Assembly: GCA_037137555.1 (NCBI GenBank)
Contig: JBAXKA010000002.1
Span: 3,133-67,132 of the forward strand
Length of the DNA stretch: 64,000 nt
Direction of reading: 5' to 3'
Source of the DNA: Candidatus Moraniibacteriota bacterium
Lineage (GTDB): Bacteria > Patescibacteriota > Minisyncoccia > Moranbacterales > UBA2206
Shown: in pieces, positions 50,157-59,133 of the stretch
Numbering within the stretch: the first letter of the stretch is position 1
Layout: each line of letters opens with the position of its first letter
Made by a program: the position numbers and the translations under genes
The notes under the pieces: generated by a model
Seen by the model: only the letters and a program-made list of their open reading frames with translations
What the model was told of the DNA's origin: nothing
Database searches by the model: none

Positions 50157-50975
50157 TTATAATAATTCTGCTATTTTTTTCCAGTCTTCAAGTGTTAATT
50201 CTTGGGCTCTTTGTTTGGCGGAGATATTTATTTGCTTTAATTTTTGTTCAACAATAGTTTTTTCTAGTTTTAAGCTATTAGAAAGATTATTGATAAGCGT
50301 TTTTCTTTTAGCAGAAAATCCGGCCTTAATAAGTTTGAAAAATTTTTTCGTAACTTCTTGTTCTTCGCGGTTTGTATTTAATGTTATGTGAATAATGGCG
50401 CTGTCCACAGCAGGAACAGGTGCAAAAGCGGTGCGAGGAACTAAAAAAAGTAATTCAGCGGTTGCATAATATTGCACGGAAAGTGCAAGGATGCTTAATT
50501 TTCCCGCCTTAGCACAAATTCGCTCAGCCACTTCTTTTTGCACCATCAAAAACATTTCTGTGGGTGGATATTTTGTTTCCAAAAACAAACGAATGATTGG
50601 CGAAGTAATATAATAAGGAATATTGGCAATGACTTTGTATGGGTGGTTAATTTTATTATCTGTAGAGACGAGGCAATGCCTCGTCTCTACCGTTTCTGCA
50701 CTAATCAATTCCGGTAAATTAATTTTTAAAATATCAGCGTTAATGATTTTTATCTTGTTATTCCCGCGTAGACGGGAAGCTAATTTCACTGCTAACTCTT
50801 GATCAATTTCAATTGCAATAACTTTTTTAGCGTGTTTTATTAGTTGTTCTGTTAACACTCCTTCGCCGGGACCAACTTCGATCACAAAATCAGTCGAGCT
50901 TAAATTGGTAGCTTGAATAAGCTTATCTAAAATAAGCGGATCTTTCAAAAAATTTTGACCTAATTTCGTGGGCAT
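50157..50975 (-). CDS. rsmA: 16S rRNA m6,2A dimethyltransferase
   Basis: LGQNFL, IEVGPGEG, ANIPYYITS, MVQKEVAER, KRKTL. Confidence 0.97.
   Translation of the reverse strand: MPTKLGQNFLKDPLILDKLIQATNLSSTDFVIEVGPGEGVLTEQLIKHAKKVIAIEIDQELAVKLASRLRGNNKIKIINADILKINLPELISAETVETRHCLVSTDNKINHPYKVIANIPYYITSPIIRLFLETKYPPTEMFLMVQKEVAERICAKAGKLSILALSVQYYATAELLFLVPRTAFAPVPAVDSAIIHITLNTNREEQEVTKKFFKLIKAGFSAKRKTLINNLSNSLKLEKTIVEQKLKQINISAKQRAQELTLEDWKKIAELL
50662..50690. repeat. GTAG-type REP palindrome inside rsmA
   Basis: GTAGAGACGAGGCA-A-TGCCTCGTCTCTAC, 14-bp perfect arms. Confidence 0.85.
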
Positions 50976-50994
50976 AGATTTGATTTTATGTATT

Positions 50995-51942
50995 TTAATT
51001 TAGCACTTCTTCAACTTTAACGCCAATTACTCCCGCACCAAGTGAAGCAATTTTAGCAAAAGCAATTTTGTCGAGATCGATAATGCGACCTTTGCCTTGT
51101 GGACCATAATCATTAATTTGAACTATAACTGATTTTCCATTAGCAGTATTTGTTACTCTGGCATAATTTCCTCGGGCGATTGTAGTACTGGCAGCAAATA
51201 AGCCACCCTTGAAAGCATACCAAGTGCCTTGACCTTTTTTGGCAGTGCCAGTCTTGACATAAGTTCCTTGCATAATAATTTCAGTCGAAGGTTCTTTGGT
51301 AACTTTTTTTTCCAACACAACACGAGAAATTTCTTTTCCATCTTTATATGTAATCTTATATTTTATTTCGCGAATGCCTTTTTCTCCTGCCACTTCCGTT
51401 TTTTTCTCACGCCAGCCGAGCTTGTTGTCAGTTTTTGTGATAGTTTTAAATTCAATTTCTGCTGGAATGCTTTTTTCTTCCACATTAATACGAGTAACTG
51501 TGATTTCCAGATTATTTTCCACGAGACCATTTAAGCTTGGAGTGATCTTGTCTAATCGGCCAAGTGTGACTGAATTTTCTTGCAGAACTGTGGATAACTT
51601 GTTGGCTAATGTGTAATTTTCAATCTTTTTTCCATCCACCAGTATTTTTATTTTGACAGCTCGGCGAATTTTAATATTTATCCCTGAAAAAAGCAAACTT
51701 GATTTGTCCGGAATGATTTCATCTTGCTGGGAAAGATTGATTTTTTGCTCTTTCAATAAGTTGTCCACAGTTTTTGCAGTAGTTTCTAGCTTTAATTCAA
51801 GATTATTATCCAGCAGTGCAATTGTTTTTGCTTGATTTTCAAAAGAAAGTTCTCTTTTTGGGGAATTAAAAAAAACTTTACTTAAAATTAAAAATAGCAA
51901 GACTAAAAAAAGAAACTTTAAAAAAAATTTAATAAAACGCAT
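50995..51942 (-). CDS. YabE/RpfB-like protein (DUF348 + G5 + RlpA-like barrel)
   Basis: TTAKTVDNLL, GEKGIREIKY (G5), VTNTANGKSVIVQINDYGP..RIIDL. Confidence 0.85.
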   Translation of the reverse strand: MRFIKFFLKFLFLVLLFLILSKVFFNSPKRELSFENQAKTIALLDNNLELKLETTAKTVDNLLKEQKINLSQQDEIIPDKSSLLFSGINIKIRRAVKIKILVDGKKIENYTLANKLSTVLQENSVTLGRLDKITPSLNGLVENNLEITVTRINVEEKSIPAEIEFKTITKTDNKLGWREKKTEVAGEKGIREIKYKITYKDGKEISRVVLEKKVTKEPSTEIIMQGTYVKTGTAKKGQGTWYAFKGGLFAASTTIARGNYARVTNTANGKSVIVQINDYGPQGKGRIIDLDKIAFAKIASLGAGVIGVKVEEVLN

Positions 51943-51965
51943 AGAGCTTTTTATTTTCTAGAAAA

Positions 51966-53492
51966 TTATTCACTTTTAAAACGATATTGAATCGCTTCGG
52001 CGATATGAATGGGCAATATATTTTCGGCTTCTTCAAGATCAGCGATAGTTCTGGCAACTTTAATGATGCGGAAATAGGCTCGGGCGCTGAGAAAAAAACG
52101 AGAAAGTGCCGTCTTCATTAATTCTGTTCCAGCAGAATCTAGTTGACAATATTTTTTGATTTGCTCGCTCTCCATTTCCGAGTTAGCAATTATTTTTGAT
52201 TCCGAAAAGCGTGCCTTTTGAATTTTACGGGCTTTTTCCACTCGCAATCTAATACTATCAGAACTTTCTTGCTGGCTGTCTTCGGAAAGTTTTTCAAATT
52301 TCAAACGAGGAACTTCAATGTGCAAATCGATGCGATCAAGAATTGGTCCAGAAATTTTAGCTTGATAGCGAATAATATTTGCGGGACTACAGGAACAAGT
52401 TTTTTCCGGATCGGTGGCATTACCGCAAGGACAAGGATTCATCGCTGCGACTAATGTGAAGCGGGCGGGAAATTCTAGTGTGCCTTGAGCACGAGAAATA
52501 GTGATGATGCCATTTTCCAATGGTTGTCGCAAATTTTCAAGAACAGCACGAGAAAATTCGGAAAACTCATCTAGAAATAAGATGCCCCGATGCGCCAAAC
52601 TGATTTCGCCTGGTCGGGGAAATGTTCCGCCACCAACCAAGGAAGCAGCACTAGCACTGTGATGAGGAGAACGGAACTGTCTTTTTGTAATTAAACTATT
52701 TTCTTTGGGCAAATAACCGGCGACAGAAAAAATCTTTGTTACATCAAGGGCTTCTTGCACTGTAAGTCTGGGCAAAATGGAAGTCATTGTTTTGGCGAGG
52801 AGTGTTTTGCCTGATCCAGGTGGACCATTCAGCAAAATATTATGTGCTCCAGCAGAAGCAATTTCGAGTGCTCGCTTGGCATGCTCTTGTCCTTTGATAT
52901 TTTTCATATCAAAAAGATGATCGTCTTCTTGAAAAAGTTTTTCTAAATCAGTTTTAGGAAAAGAAGTAACTAAAGCTATATTTTCCAGATGATTTAATAA
53001 TTCTTTGAGTGTGGAAACAGCGATGATATCAATGTCTTCGATGATGGAAGCTTCTTTGGCATTTTCTAGCGGAACAAAAAGCGTTTTAATATTTTTTTCT
53101 TTAGCAAGTAATGCAACAAGCAAAACGCCTTTGACTGGTCGAATTCTGCCGTCCAGTGAAAGTTCTCCAATGAAAAGTTTATCTGTGTGATCAAAAATAG
53201 TTTGCTTAGTAGCTAATAAAAATCCCAGTGCGATTGGCAGGTCATAAAGTGGTCCAACTTTTGGCAAATCGGCTGGTGCGAGGTTGACGGTGATTCTACC
53301 ACAGCGATGCGGAGCAATGAGACCACTATTTTTTATGGCCGAGCTAACACGATCTTGTGATTCCTTGATGGCAGTGTCAGGCAATCCGACAATATTAAAA
53401 TGATGCATTCCGGCGGAAAGCGTATCGACTTCTACTTCAACAATAGCACTTTTTAATCCGATAACGGCGGCAGAAAAAACTTTTGATGACAT
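51966..53492 (-). CDS. comM: ComM/YifB Mg-chelatase-like ATPase
   Basis: IVGLPD, VNLAPAD, GPPGSGKT, PGEISLAHRG.LFLDE, AAMNPCPCG, LSARAY. Confidence 0.95.
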   Translation of the reverse strand: MSSKVFSAAVIGLKSAIVEVEVDTLSAGMHHFNIVGLPDTAIKESQDRVSSAIKNSGLIAPHRCGRITVNLAPADLPKVGPLYDLPIALGFLLATKQTIFDHTDKLFIGELSLDGRIRPVKGVLLVALLAKEKNIKTLFVPLENAKEASIIEDIDIIAVSTLKELLNHLENIALVTSFPKTDLEKLFQEDDHLFDMKNIKGQEHAKRALEIASAGAHNILLNGPPGSGKTLLAKTMTSILPRLTVQEALDVTKIFSVAGYLPKENSLITKRQFRSPHHSASAASLVGGGTFPRPGEISLAHRGILFLDEFSEFSRAVLENLRQPLENGIITISRAQGTLEFPARFTLVAAMNPCPCGNATDPEKTCSCSPANIIRYQAKISGPILDRIDLHIEVPRLKFEKLSEDSQQESSDSIRLRVEKARKIQKARFSESKIIANSEMESEQIKKYCQLDSAGTELMKTALSRFFLSARAYFRIIKVARTIADLEEAENILPIHIAEAIQYRFKSE

Positions 53493-53511
53493 AGTTTTAT
53501 TTTATTAAAAT

Positions 53512-53925
53512 TTATTTTGACAAATGTTTGTATTTTATAATCAGAAAAAATGCACCAAGGCAAATAGAAATATCTGCTAGATTAAAAACTGGCCAGATCT
53601 TGAGATTAATAAAATCAATAACACAACCAAAGTATAGCCTATCCAGTAAATTAGAAAAAGCGCCGGCTAAAATAAGGATAATGGCATATTTTTGAAAAAT
53701 ATTTTTTATTGCAATTAGTTTAAATAATAATAAAAAAATAATACTAGCCCAGAGAAAATAAAAAAATAACAATGGCACTGTTAATCCAAAAGCCATTCCT
53801 TTATTACAAATATAAAATCCGCCAGAAGAGCGGATAAAATATTTAGTTACTTGATCAGCAATGATTATAAAAAAAGCAGTAAAAAGCAAAACAAGATTTC
53901 TTCTGATTTTTTGGATAAACAGCAT
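53512..53925 (-). CDS. lspA: lipoprotein signal peptidase II
   Basis: ADQVTK, NKGMAFG, GAFSNLLDR, VIDFI, VFNLAD; start at ATG 53925. Confidence 0.92.
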   Translation of the reverse strand: MLFIQKIRRNLVLLFTAFFIIIADQVTKYFIRSSGGFYICNKGMAFGLTVPLLFFYFLWASIIFLLLFKLIAIKNIFQKYAIILILAGAFSNLLDRLYFGCVIDFINLKIWPVFNLADISICLGAFFLIIKYKHLSK

Positions 53926-53938
53926 TTGGTTTTTATTT

Positions 53939-54286
53939 TTAGCATTTAATGCAAGTTTTAGCGCTGGGATTGACACGCAATCTTTCAATGTCAATTTCTT
54001 TTTGGCAGTTTTCGCAAAAACCATAAGTGCCTTGGGCTATTTTATCCAAAGCAAGAATGACTGCTTGTAATTTTTTTTCTAGCGTTAGTTCTATTGGCAA
54101 ATTTTCAGTGTATTGATCGACTTCTGTCGTGTTGTCTTCACGATCAGTGCCAATATTTTCAAAAACTGTTTCATAGTCGCCCTTTTCTTTATCGATTGGT
54201 CGTGCAATACGAGTTAGGTTTTCTTCAAGATCGTTTTTTTCTTTTGCTAAGAGAGCTTCGAGTTCGACGAGAATTTTTTTGTCCAT
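53939..54286 (-). CDS. DksA/TraR C4 zinc-finger protein
   Basis: DREDN coiled-coil tip, ALDKI..GTYGFCENC..ERL..P.AKTCIKC. Confidence 0.88.
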   Translation of the reverse strand: MDKKILVELEALLAKEKNDLEENLTRIARPIDKEKGDYETVFENIGTDREDNTTEVDQYTENLPIELTLEKKLQAVILALDKIAQGTYGFCENCQKEIDIERLRVNPSAKTCIKC

Positions 54287-54360
54287 AGTTGTTATTTTAA
54301 TTGATTATTCTCTTATGCTTTAAGTTTAGCAAAAAAGCAGATTGTTGTCTATGTTTAAAA

Positions 54361-54747
54361 TTAAAGTGCTTCAATATGTTTAATCTTAGCTCGTCTCGTT
54401 TCAAGATTAATCCAAAGTGCGATGATATCAAAGCGATAAGCTTGATCAGTGAGATCGTTTTGTTTTAAATAGAAATAGGCGATCTTATTTAATTTTTGCA
54501 ACTTGCGGTAGTCAACATTTTCTTCAGGATTTGTGTCTTTAAATTTTTGCATCGTTCTGGCTTTGACTTCCACGAAAACTAATTCAGATTTTTTCAAATC
54601 GCGAGCGATGATATCAATTTCTCCCAGTCGTTGACCGCTTGTGTTGGCATAATTAAGGGCAATTATTTTGTAGCCTTTTTGTTTGAGGTAATTAGCGGAA
54701 ATAGTTTCGCCTAAATTGCCCAATGTTTTTTTTGTGGTTAGTGTCAT
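54361..54747 (-). CDS. yraN: YraN family endonuclease-like protein
   Basis: LGNLGE, GEIDIIA, LVFVEVKAR, RFDII; TATACT 6 nt upstream of the ATG at 54747. Confidence 0.92.
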   Translation of the reverse strand: MTLTTKKTLGNLGETISANYLKQKGYKIIALNYANTSGQRLGEIDIIARDLKKSELVFVEVKARTMQKFKDTNPEENVDYRKLQKLNKIAYFYLKQNDLTDQAYRFDIIALWINLETRRAKIKHIEAL

Positions 54748-54772
54748 TTGCGAAGTATAGCAAACTTTTTTT

Positions 54773-54805
54773 AAAAAACAAAAAAACACCCTTTCTTTGG
54801 TGTTT
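54773..54805 (-). terminator. intrinsic terminator of the candidate ncRNA
   Basis: AAACACC/GGTGTTT hairpin followed by a U-rich tract on the minus strand. Confidence 0.65.
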
Positions 54806-55285
54806 ATGTATACTAATTCTCTCCCTGATTCCTTTGAGGTATGGAAACCAGGGCGTTCGACGCCCAATAAAAAAATAAATTTGGCTGAACGCCCCAGTGT
54901 TTGTCATATACTAACAGGTTATGCGGAAACGATTTAGTCGGGTGAGAGACATCGTCGTTATAACAAGCCTGTATTTTATGCGTATGACTCAAGTTTATCT
55001 CCAGTCTGATTGTTGAAGATGTTGTTTTACCATTCTCTGGTGAATTTTCACCTTTGAATGTGAAGGTACAATGCTAGACGATGCTAGCGTTTTTTATTTT
55101 TTGTTTTTATATTTTTACAAAAAATTTTGTTTTTATTTTGGGGTCTCTGATATCAGAAATCAGAGCGGCTATCGCTCGTTGGCGATAACACTTGAACAGT
55201 AAAACAATTTTCAATCACAGATGAATGACTAACTGTGATTGAAAATTGTTTTACCGTTCTGATTTGCAAGTTTTTAATGTTCAAT
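54775..55285 (-). ncRNA. candidate large structured ncRNA (~510 nt)
   Basis: Consensus promoter, terminator, no convincing ORF, many stems with minus-strand G-U pairs. Confidence 0.65.
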
Positions 55286-55291
55286 ATATTT

Positions 55292-55320
55292 ATTATAGCA
55301 GTAAAAAAGTTTCGAGTCAA
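55292..55320 (-). promoter_or_regulatory. strong sigma70 promoter
   Basis: TTGACT (55320-55315)-17 bp-TATAAT (55297-55292) with extended -10 TG. Confidence 0.8.
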
Positions 55321-55454
55321 CAAGAATATTTTTTTGGCTTGAATAGCGATTTATTTGATAGCTTTTTTTGTAATTTTTTTTAGCTATTTTCTATTTTTTT
55401 TATAACTTTTTTAAAGTAATTCTCTTTTTTTTCTTTCTGACAAGCCGTTATTAT

Positions 55455-56762
55455 TTATTCGAGTGGATTATTAGCAGGATCCATGGTTATGATTGGCGCT
55501 GTTTCTGTTTGTGTGTTTTTTGTTGTCATATTTAGTCGATCAATCATTGACCACATAGTTAATTTTGTTGTCCCGATGATTAACTTGTTTTGATAGATAG
55601 CATAATCAACCGAGAGCATGTCAGGAGAGATTATATTTTGAAAGCGAATTTTTGCATCGCCGTATTTATTATCGGAAAATAGCATGTCGGCTTTGTAGGT
55701 AGAAGTGAAAAAAAGTGATTCGATTTGCTTGGCTAATGTTTTTTCTTCTCGCAGAAGAGTTTTATTAGTAGTTAAGTTATTTTTCAATTCAATTGCTAAG
55801 CCAGTTTTTGGACCAGTGGAGTCATTATAAATATAAAAGCTAAAATTATCTCCCAATGAATTTGCGATTCCAGTGGAAAAGTTTAATTTAAATAGCCCTG
55901 AAAAAGCCTTGAAAGTAAGCGGTTTGTTTTGAATATCAGTTATAATAAATTCGACTGGTTTTGTGTAGCCTTCTTTGGTAACTTTTTCCATAGCAACTTT
56001 TATGTCAGTGGCAATTAAATTTCCATCTTCTATGCGAAGATAGTTGGGAGTGGTTTCGGAATAAGTTAAAATTGGCTTTGGTGCTGGCTCGATGATAACG
56101 GGTATTTCTACTGGTGGTGTTGGTTCGGCTATTACGATAGGTTCTTGAATAGCAATGGGTCTATTTTTTATAAAATAAAAACCAGTGGCTGATATAGCGA
56201 GCAATAAAACAAAAGAAAGGCTGGAAAATAAAATAAATTGTCTGTTGGATTTTGTTGGGAGAATATTTTTTGGTAAAGGTTGTTCGACATTTTTTGGCAG
56301 AGGTGGGTTGACATTTTTTGGTAATGGCGGAGCTATATTTCTAGCAGGAATGATTATCGGCATAACTTTTTCTGGTTTTTCTACAGTTTTTGTTTCAATT
56401 TTAGCAGAAATAAGATTGCTTTTTTCTTTTTGAGGTACTATATTTGCGTTGAAAGTATTCAATGGCCTTGGAGCTTCTGGTTTTTTTATTTCTTTTTCTT
56501 CAAGTAGTGTTCTTTTATGCCAAGAATCCTCATCACTAATCATAACGGGATTTATTTTCTGCTGTTGGTTTAAATCTGATTGGGTATTTTTTTGTTTTTC
56601 TATGCTTTGTTGAGCATTGGGATTTTTTAATTTTTCTAAGTCATCTTGCATCGTATGAATGGGAGTGTCTTCTAATACGAAATTTTTTGGTTGAACTTGA
56701 CCAGGAATATTATTTTTGTTTTCTTCTTGTTTTTGAATAGGTTTTTTTGTGAGACCAAACAT
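55455..56762 (-). CDS. hypothetical bitopic membrane protein with Pro-rich repeats
   Basis: IHTMQDDL motif, three PLPKN repeats, single TM helix, folded C-terminal domain. Confidence 0.75.
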   Translation of the reverse strand: MFGLTKKPIQKQEENKNNIPGQVQPKNFVLEDTPIHTMQDDLEKLKNPNAQQSIEKQKNTQSDLNQQQKINPVMISDEDSWHKRTLLEEKEIKKPEAPRPLNTFNANIVPQKEKSNLISAKIETKTVEKPEKVMPIIIPARNIAPPLPKNVNPPLPKNVEQPLPKNILPTKSNRQFILFSSLSFVLLLAISATGFYFIKNRPIAIQEPIVIAEPTPPVEIPVIIEPAPKPILTYSETTPNYLRIEDGNLIATDIKVAMEKVTKEGYTKPVEFIITDIQNKPLTFKAFSGLFKLNFSTGIANSLGDNFSFYIYNDSTGPKTGLAIELKNNLTTNKTLLREEKTLAKQIESLFFTSTYKADMLFSDNKYGDAKIRFQNIISPDMLSVDYAIYQNKLIIGTTKLTMWSMIDRLNMTTKNTQTETAPIITMDPANNPLE

Positions 56763-56782
56763 GTTTTTATTTTTATTTAATT

Positions 56783-56816
56783 AAAAAAATAGAAGTGGAA
56801 AATATCCACTTCTATT
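56783..56816 (-). terminator. pnp terminator
   Basis: AATAGAAGTGGA/TCCACTTCTATT hairpin plus U tract. Confidence 0.75.
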
Positions 56817-56846
56817 ATATAGTATAATTTGAAATTTGACTAATTT

Positions 56847-58955
56847 TTATTCCGGTTGTTTCACAAGTCTTGCGGAAAGGTTTATTCTGCCTTGCGAATC
56901 AACCTCTTTGACTTTAACTGGAACGACATCTCCAACACTTAAAACATCTTCTACTTTTTCAATTCTGCGATCAGCGATTTCAGAAATATGAATTAATCCT
57001 TCTTGTCCTGGAAGAATTTCAGCAAATGCTCCGAAAGCCATGATGCGAGTTATTTTCGCATCAAAAAGTTCTCCGGCTGCAACTTCATGGGTTAAATTAT
57101 CAATCCATTGCTTTGCTTTTTCACCAGATTCTCCATCAGGAGAAGTGATAAAAATCATACCGCTATCTTCAATATCAATTTGCACACCAGTTTTGTCAAT
57201 AATTTCATTGATAATTTTGCCACCTGTTCCAATGACATTGCGAATTTTTTCTGGATTAATTTGCATCGTGATAATTCTTGGTGCATATTTGGACATTTCG
57301 GTTCGTGGAGCTGGCAATGTGTCAGTTATTTTTTTCAAAATTTCTAGGCGATTGCCGTGAGATTGTGTGAGAACAGCTGAAAGCATTTCCAATGTAACTC
57401 CATCAACTTTCACATCCATCTGCATTGCTGTAATGCCTTTTTCTGTTCCAGCTACTTTAAAATCCATGTCGCCATAATGATCTTCAAGACCTTGAATATC
57501 GGTGAGAATTTTAAATTTATTATTTTCTCCGACAATAATTCCCATGGCAATTCCGCTAACTGGTCGTTTGATTGGCACGCCAGCATCCATCAGTGATAAT
57601 GTTGATCCACAAGTGGAAGCCATAGAAGATGAACCATTAGAAGAAAGAATTTCAGAAACTAATAAAATAGTGTAGGGAAAATCTTCTTTTGATGGTAAGA
57701 CTGGTACAAGAGCTTTTTCGGCCAGAGCGCCATGACCAACTTCGCGTCGGCCTGGTCCACGCATTGGACGAACTTCACCAACAGAATATGGTGGAAAATT
57801 ATAATGATGAATATAGCGTTTTTTCATATCAACTTCCATTGTGTCAATAATTTGTTGATCTCCAGGAGAACCAAGTGTTGTGACCGTGAGCGCTTGAGTT
57901 TCTCCACGAGTGAAAAGTCCCGTGCCATGAGTGCGTGGCAAAATTCCTGTGCGACATTCAATATGACGAATTTCATCTAGTCTTCGCGAATCTGGTCGCA
58001 ATTCTTTTTCGAGAATATTTTTATGCACGATTTCATCAGACACTTCTTCAAAAACAATCTCAGCAACTTCTTTTAATTTATCAGCCTCTTCTGGAAAAGT
58101 TGCTTTAATATATTTTTTAACTTTATCTTGAATCGCACTTAATTTTTCTTCAATTACTTTTTTATCTTTATCATAAAGTGCTTCGGCAAGATTTTCAGCC
58201 AGCAAAATTTCTTTTACTTTAGTTTCAAATTCAGCCGATCCTGCCACAAGTGCTGGAATGCTTTTGGTTTTACCAACTTCTTTTTGGATTTCTAAAATAA
58301 AACTAACAATTTGTTTGATAGCTTCTTGTCCAAACGAAAAAGCACGGAGCATTTCTTCTTCTGAAATTTCCATCGCACCACTTTCGATCATATTTATTTT
58401 ATCAATACTGCCAGAAATCAAAAGATCCAACTCGCCTTCAGCCAATTCCTCATTCGTAATAGGATTTAAAACAAATTCATTATTAGTTTTTCCCACACGA
58501 ACAGCAGCGACTGGTCCGTTCCAAGGAATATTGGAAATAGCCAATGCGGTTGATGCAGCGACGATAGCTAGTGTATCAGGATCATTTACGCCATCATAAG
58601 AAAGCACGGTTACAATTACTTGCACATCGTTTCGCATGCGGTGATTAAAGAGTGGTCGCACTGTGCGATCAACTGCTCTTCCTGAAAGCACAGCGTCGTC
58701 AGATGGACGACCTTCTCGTTTAATAAAACGAGAGCCTTTAATTTTGCCTGCAGCGTAGTAGCGTTCTTCAAAATCTACCATCAAGGGAAAATAACCACTG
58801 ATGCGAGACGCCTTTTTGCTCATAACGGCAGTAGCGAGAACGATTGTTTCGCCATAACGCACTGTTACGGCACCATTGGCCTGACCAGCCAAAAGACCGG
58901 TTTCAATTTCCAAAATCCGTCCTCCAATTGGGAGTGACCATTTTTTTTGTTCCAT
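56847..58955 (-). CDS. pnp: polyribonucleotide nucleotidyltransferase
   Basis: FTRGETQ, RREVGHG, SNGSSSMAS, GDMDFKVAGT, KH and S1 domains. Confidence 0.98.
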   Translation of the reverse strand: MEQKKWSLPIGGRILEIETGLLAGQANGAVTVRYGETIVLATAVMSKKASRISGYFPLMVDFEERYYAAGKIKGSRFIKREGRPSDDAVLSGRAVDRTVRPLFNHRMRNDVQVIVTVLSYDGVNDPDTLAIVAASTALAISNIPWNGPVAAVRVGKTNNEFVLNPITNEELAEGELDLLISGSIDKINMIESGAMEISEEEMLRAFSFGQEAIKQIVSFILEIQKEVGKTKSIPALVAGSAEFETKVKEILLAENLAEALYDKDKKVIEEKLSAIQDKVKKYIKATFPEEADKLKEVAEIVFEEVSDEIVHKNILEKELRPDSRRLDEIRHIECRTGILPRTHGTGLFTRGETQALTVTTLGSPGDQQIIDTMEVDMKKRYIHHYNFPPYSVGEVRPMRGPGRREVGHGALAEKALVPVLPSKEDFPYTILLVSEILSSNGSSSMASTCGSTLSLMDAGVPIKRPVSGIAMGIIVGENNKFKILTDIQGLEDHYGDMDFKVAGTEKGITAMQMDVKVDGVTLEMLSAVLTQSHGNRLEILKKITDTLPAPRTEMSKYAPRIITMQINPEKIRNVIGTGGKIINEIIDKTGVQIDIEDSGMIFITSPDGESGEKAKQWIDNLTHEVAAGELFDAKITRIMAFGAFAEILPGQEGLIHISEIADRRIEKVEDVLSVGDVVPVKVKEVDSQGRINLSARLVKQPE

Positions 58956-58965
58956 GCTTTTTTTG

Positions 58966-59104
58966 AAGTCTTATTTGAAGCGTTCACGCCAAAAAAATAA
59001 TAAAGCGTATGACGATGATTTACGAATTAGGAATCACAATTTTTTGCAAACCTTAATTCATAAATCTTCATACTTCGGCGTTTATCACACTTCAAGAAAG
59101 ACTT
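58966..59104 (-). promoter_or_regulatory. long stem-loop in pnp 5' leader
   Basis: Nested inverted repeats AAGTCTT, TTGAAG, ACGCC, GTATGA, GATTTATGAATTA, with G-U pairs on the minus strand. Confidence 0.7.
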
Positions 59105-59133
59105 TTATAAATAATTAACTATTCAAGTCTAGC

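Noticed and set aside
54692-54907. ORFs 54692-54907 and the 40-aa upstream extension of yraN
   Set aside because: No recognisable protein features; they cross a terminator and RNA stems, and yraN has a -10 box right before ATG 54747
55194-55259. CRISPR repeat or tracrRNA (ATTGAAA-like end)
   Set aside because: A single inverted repeat, with no spaced direct repeats and no cas genes in the window
54775-55285. Assignment of the large RNA as RNase P RNA, tmRNA, or a group I/II intron
   Set aside because: No GAGGAAAGUC/P4 pair, no tRNA-like acceptor plus 7-nt T loop with a tag ORF, and no ordered P7 or domain V motifs found by eye; left unassigned
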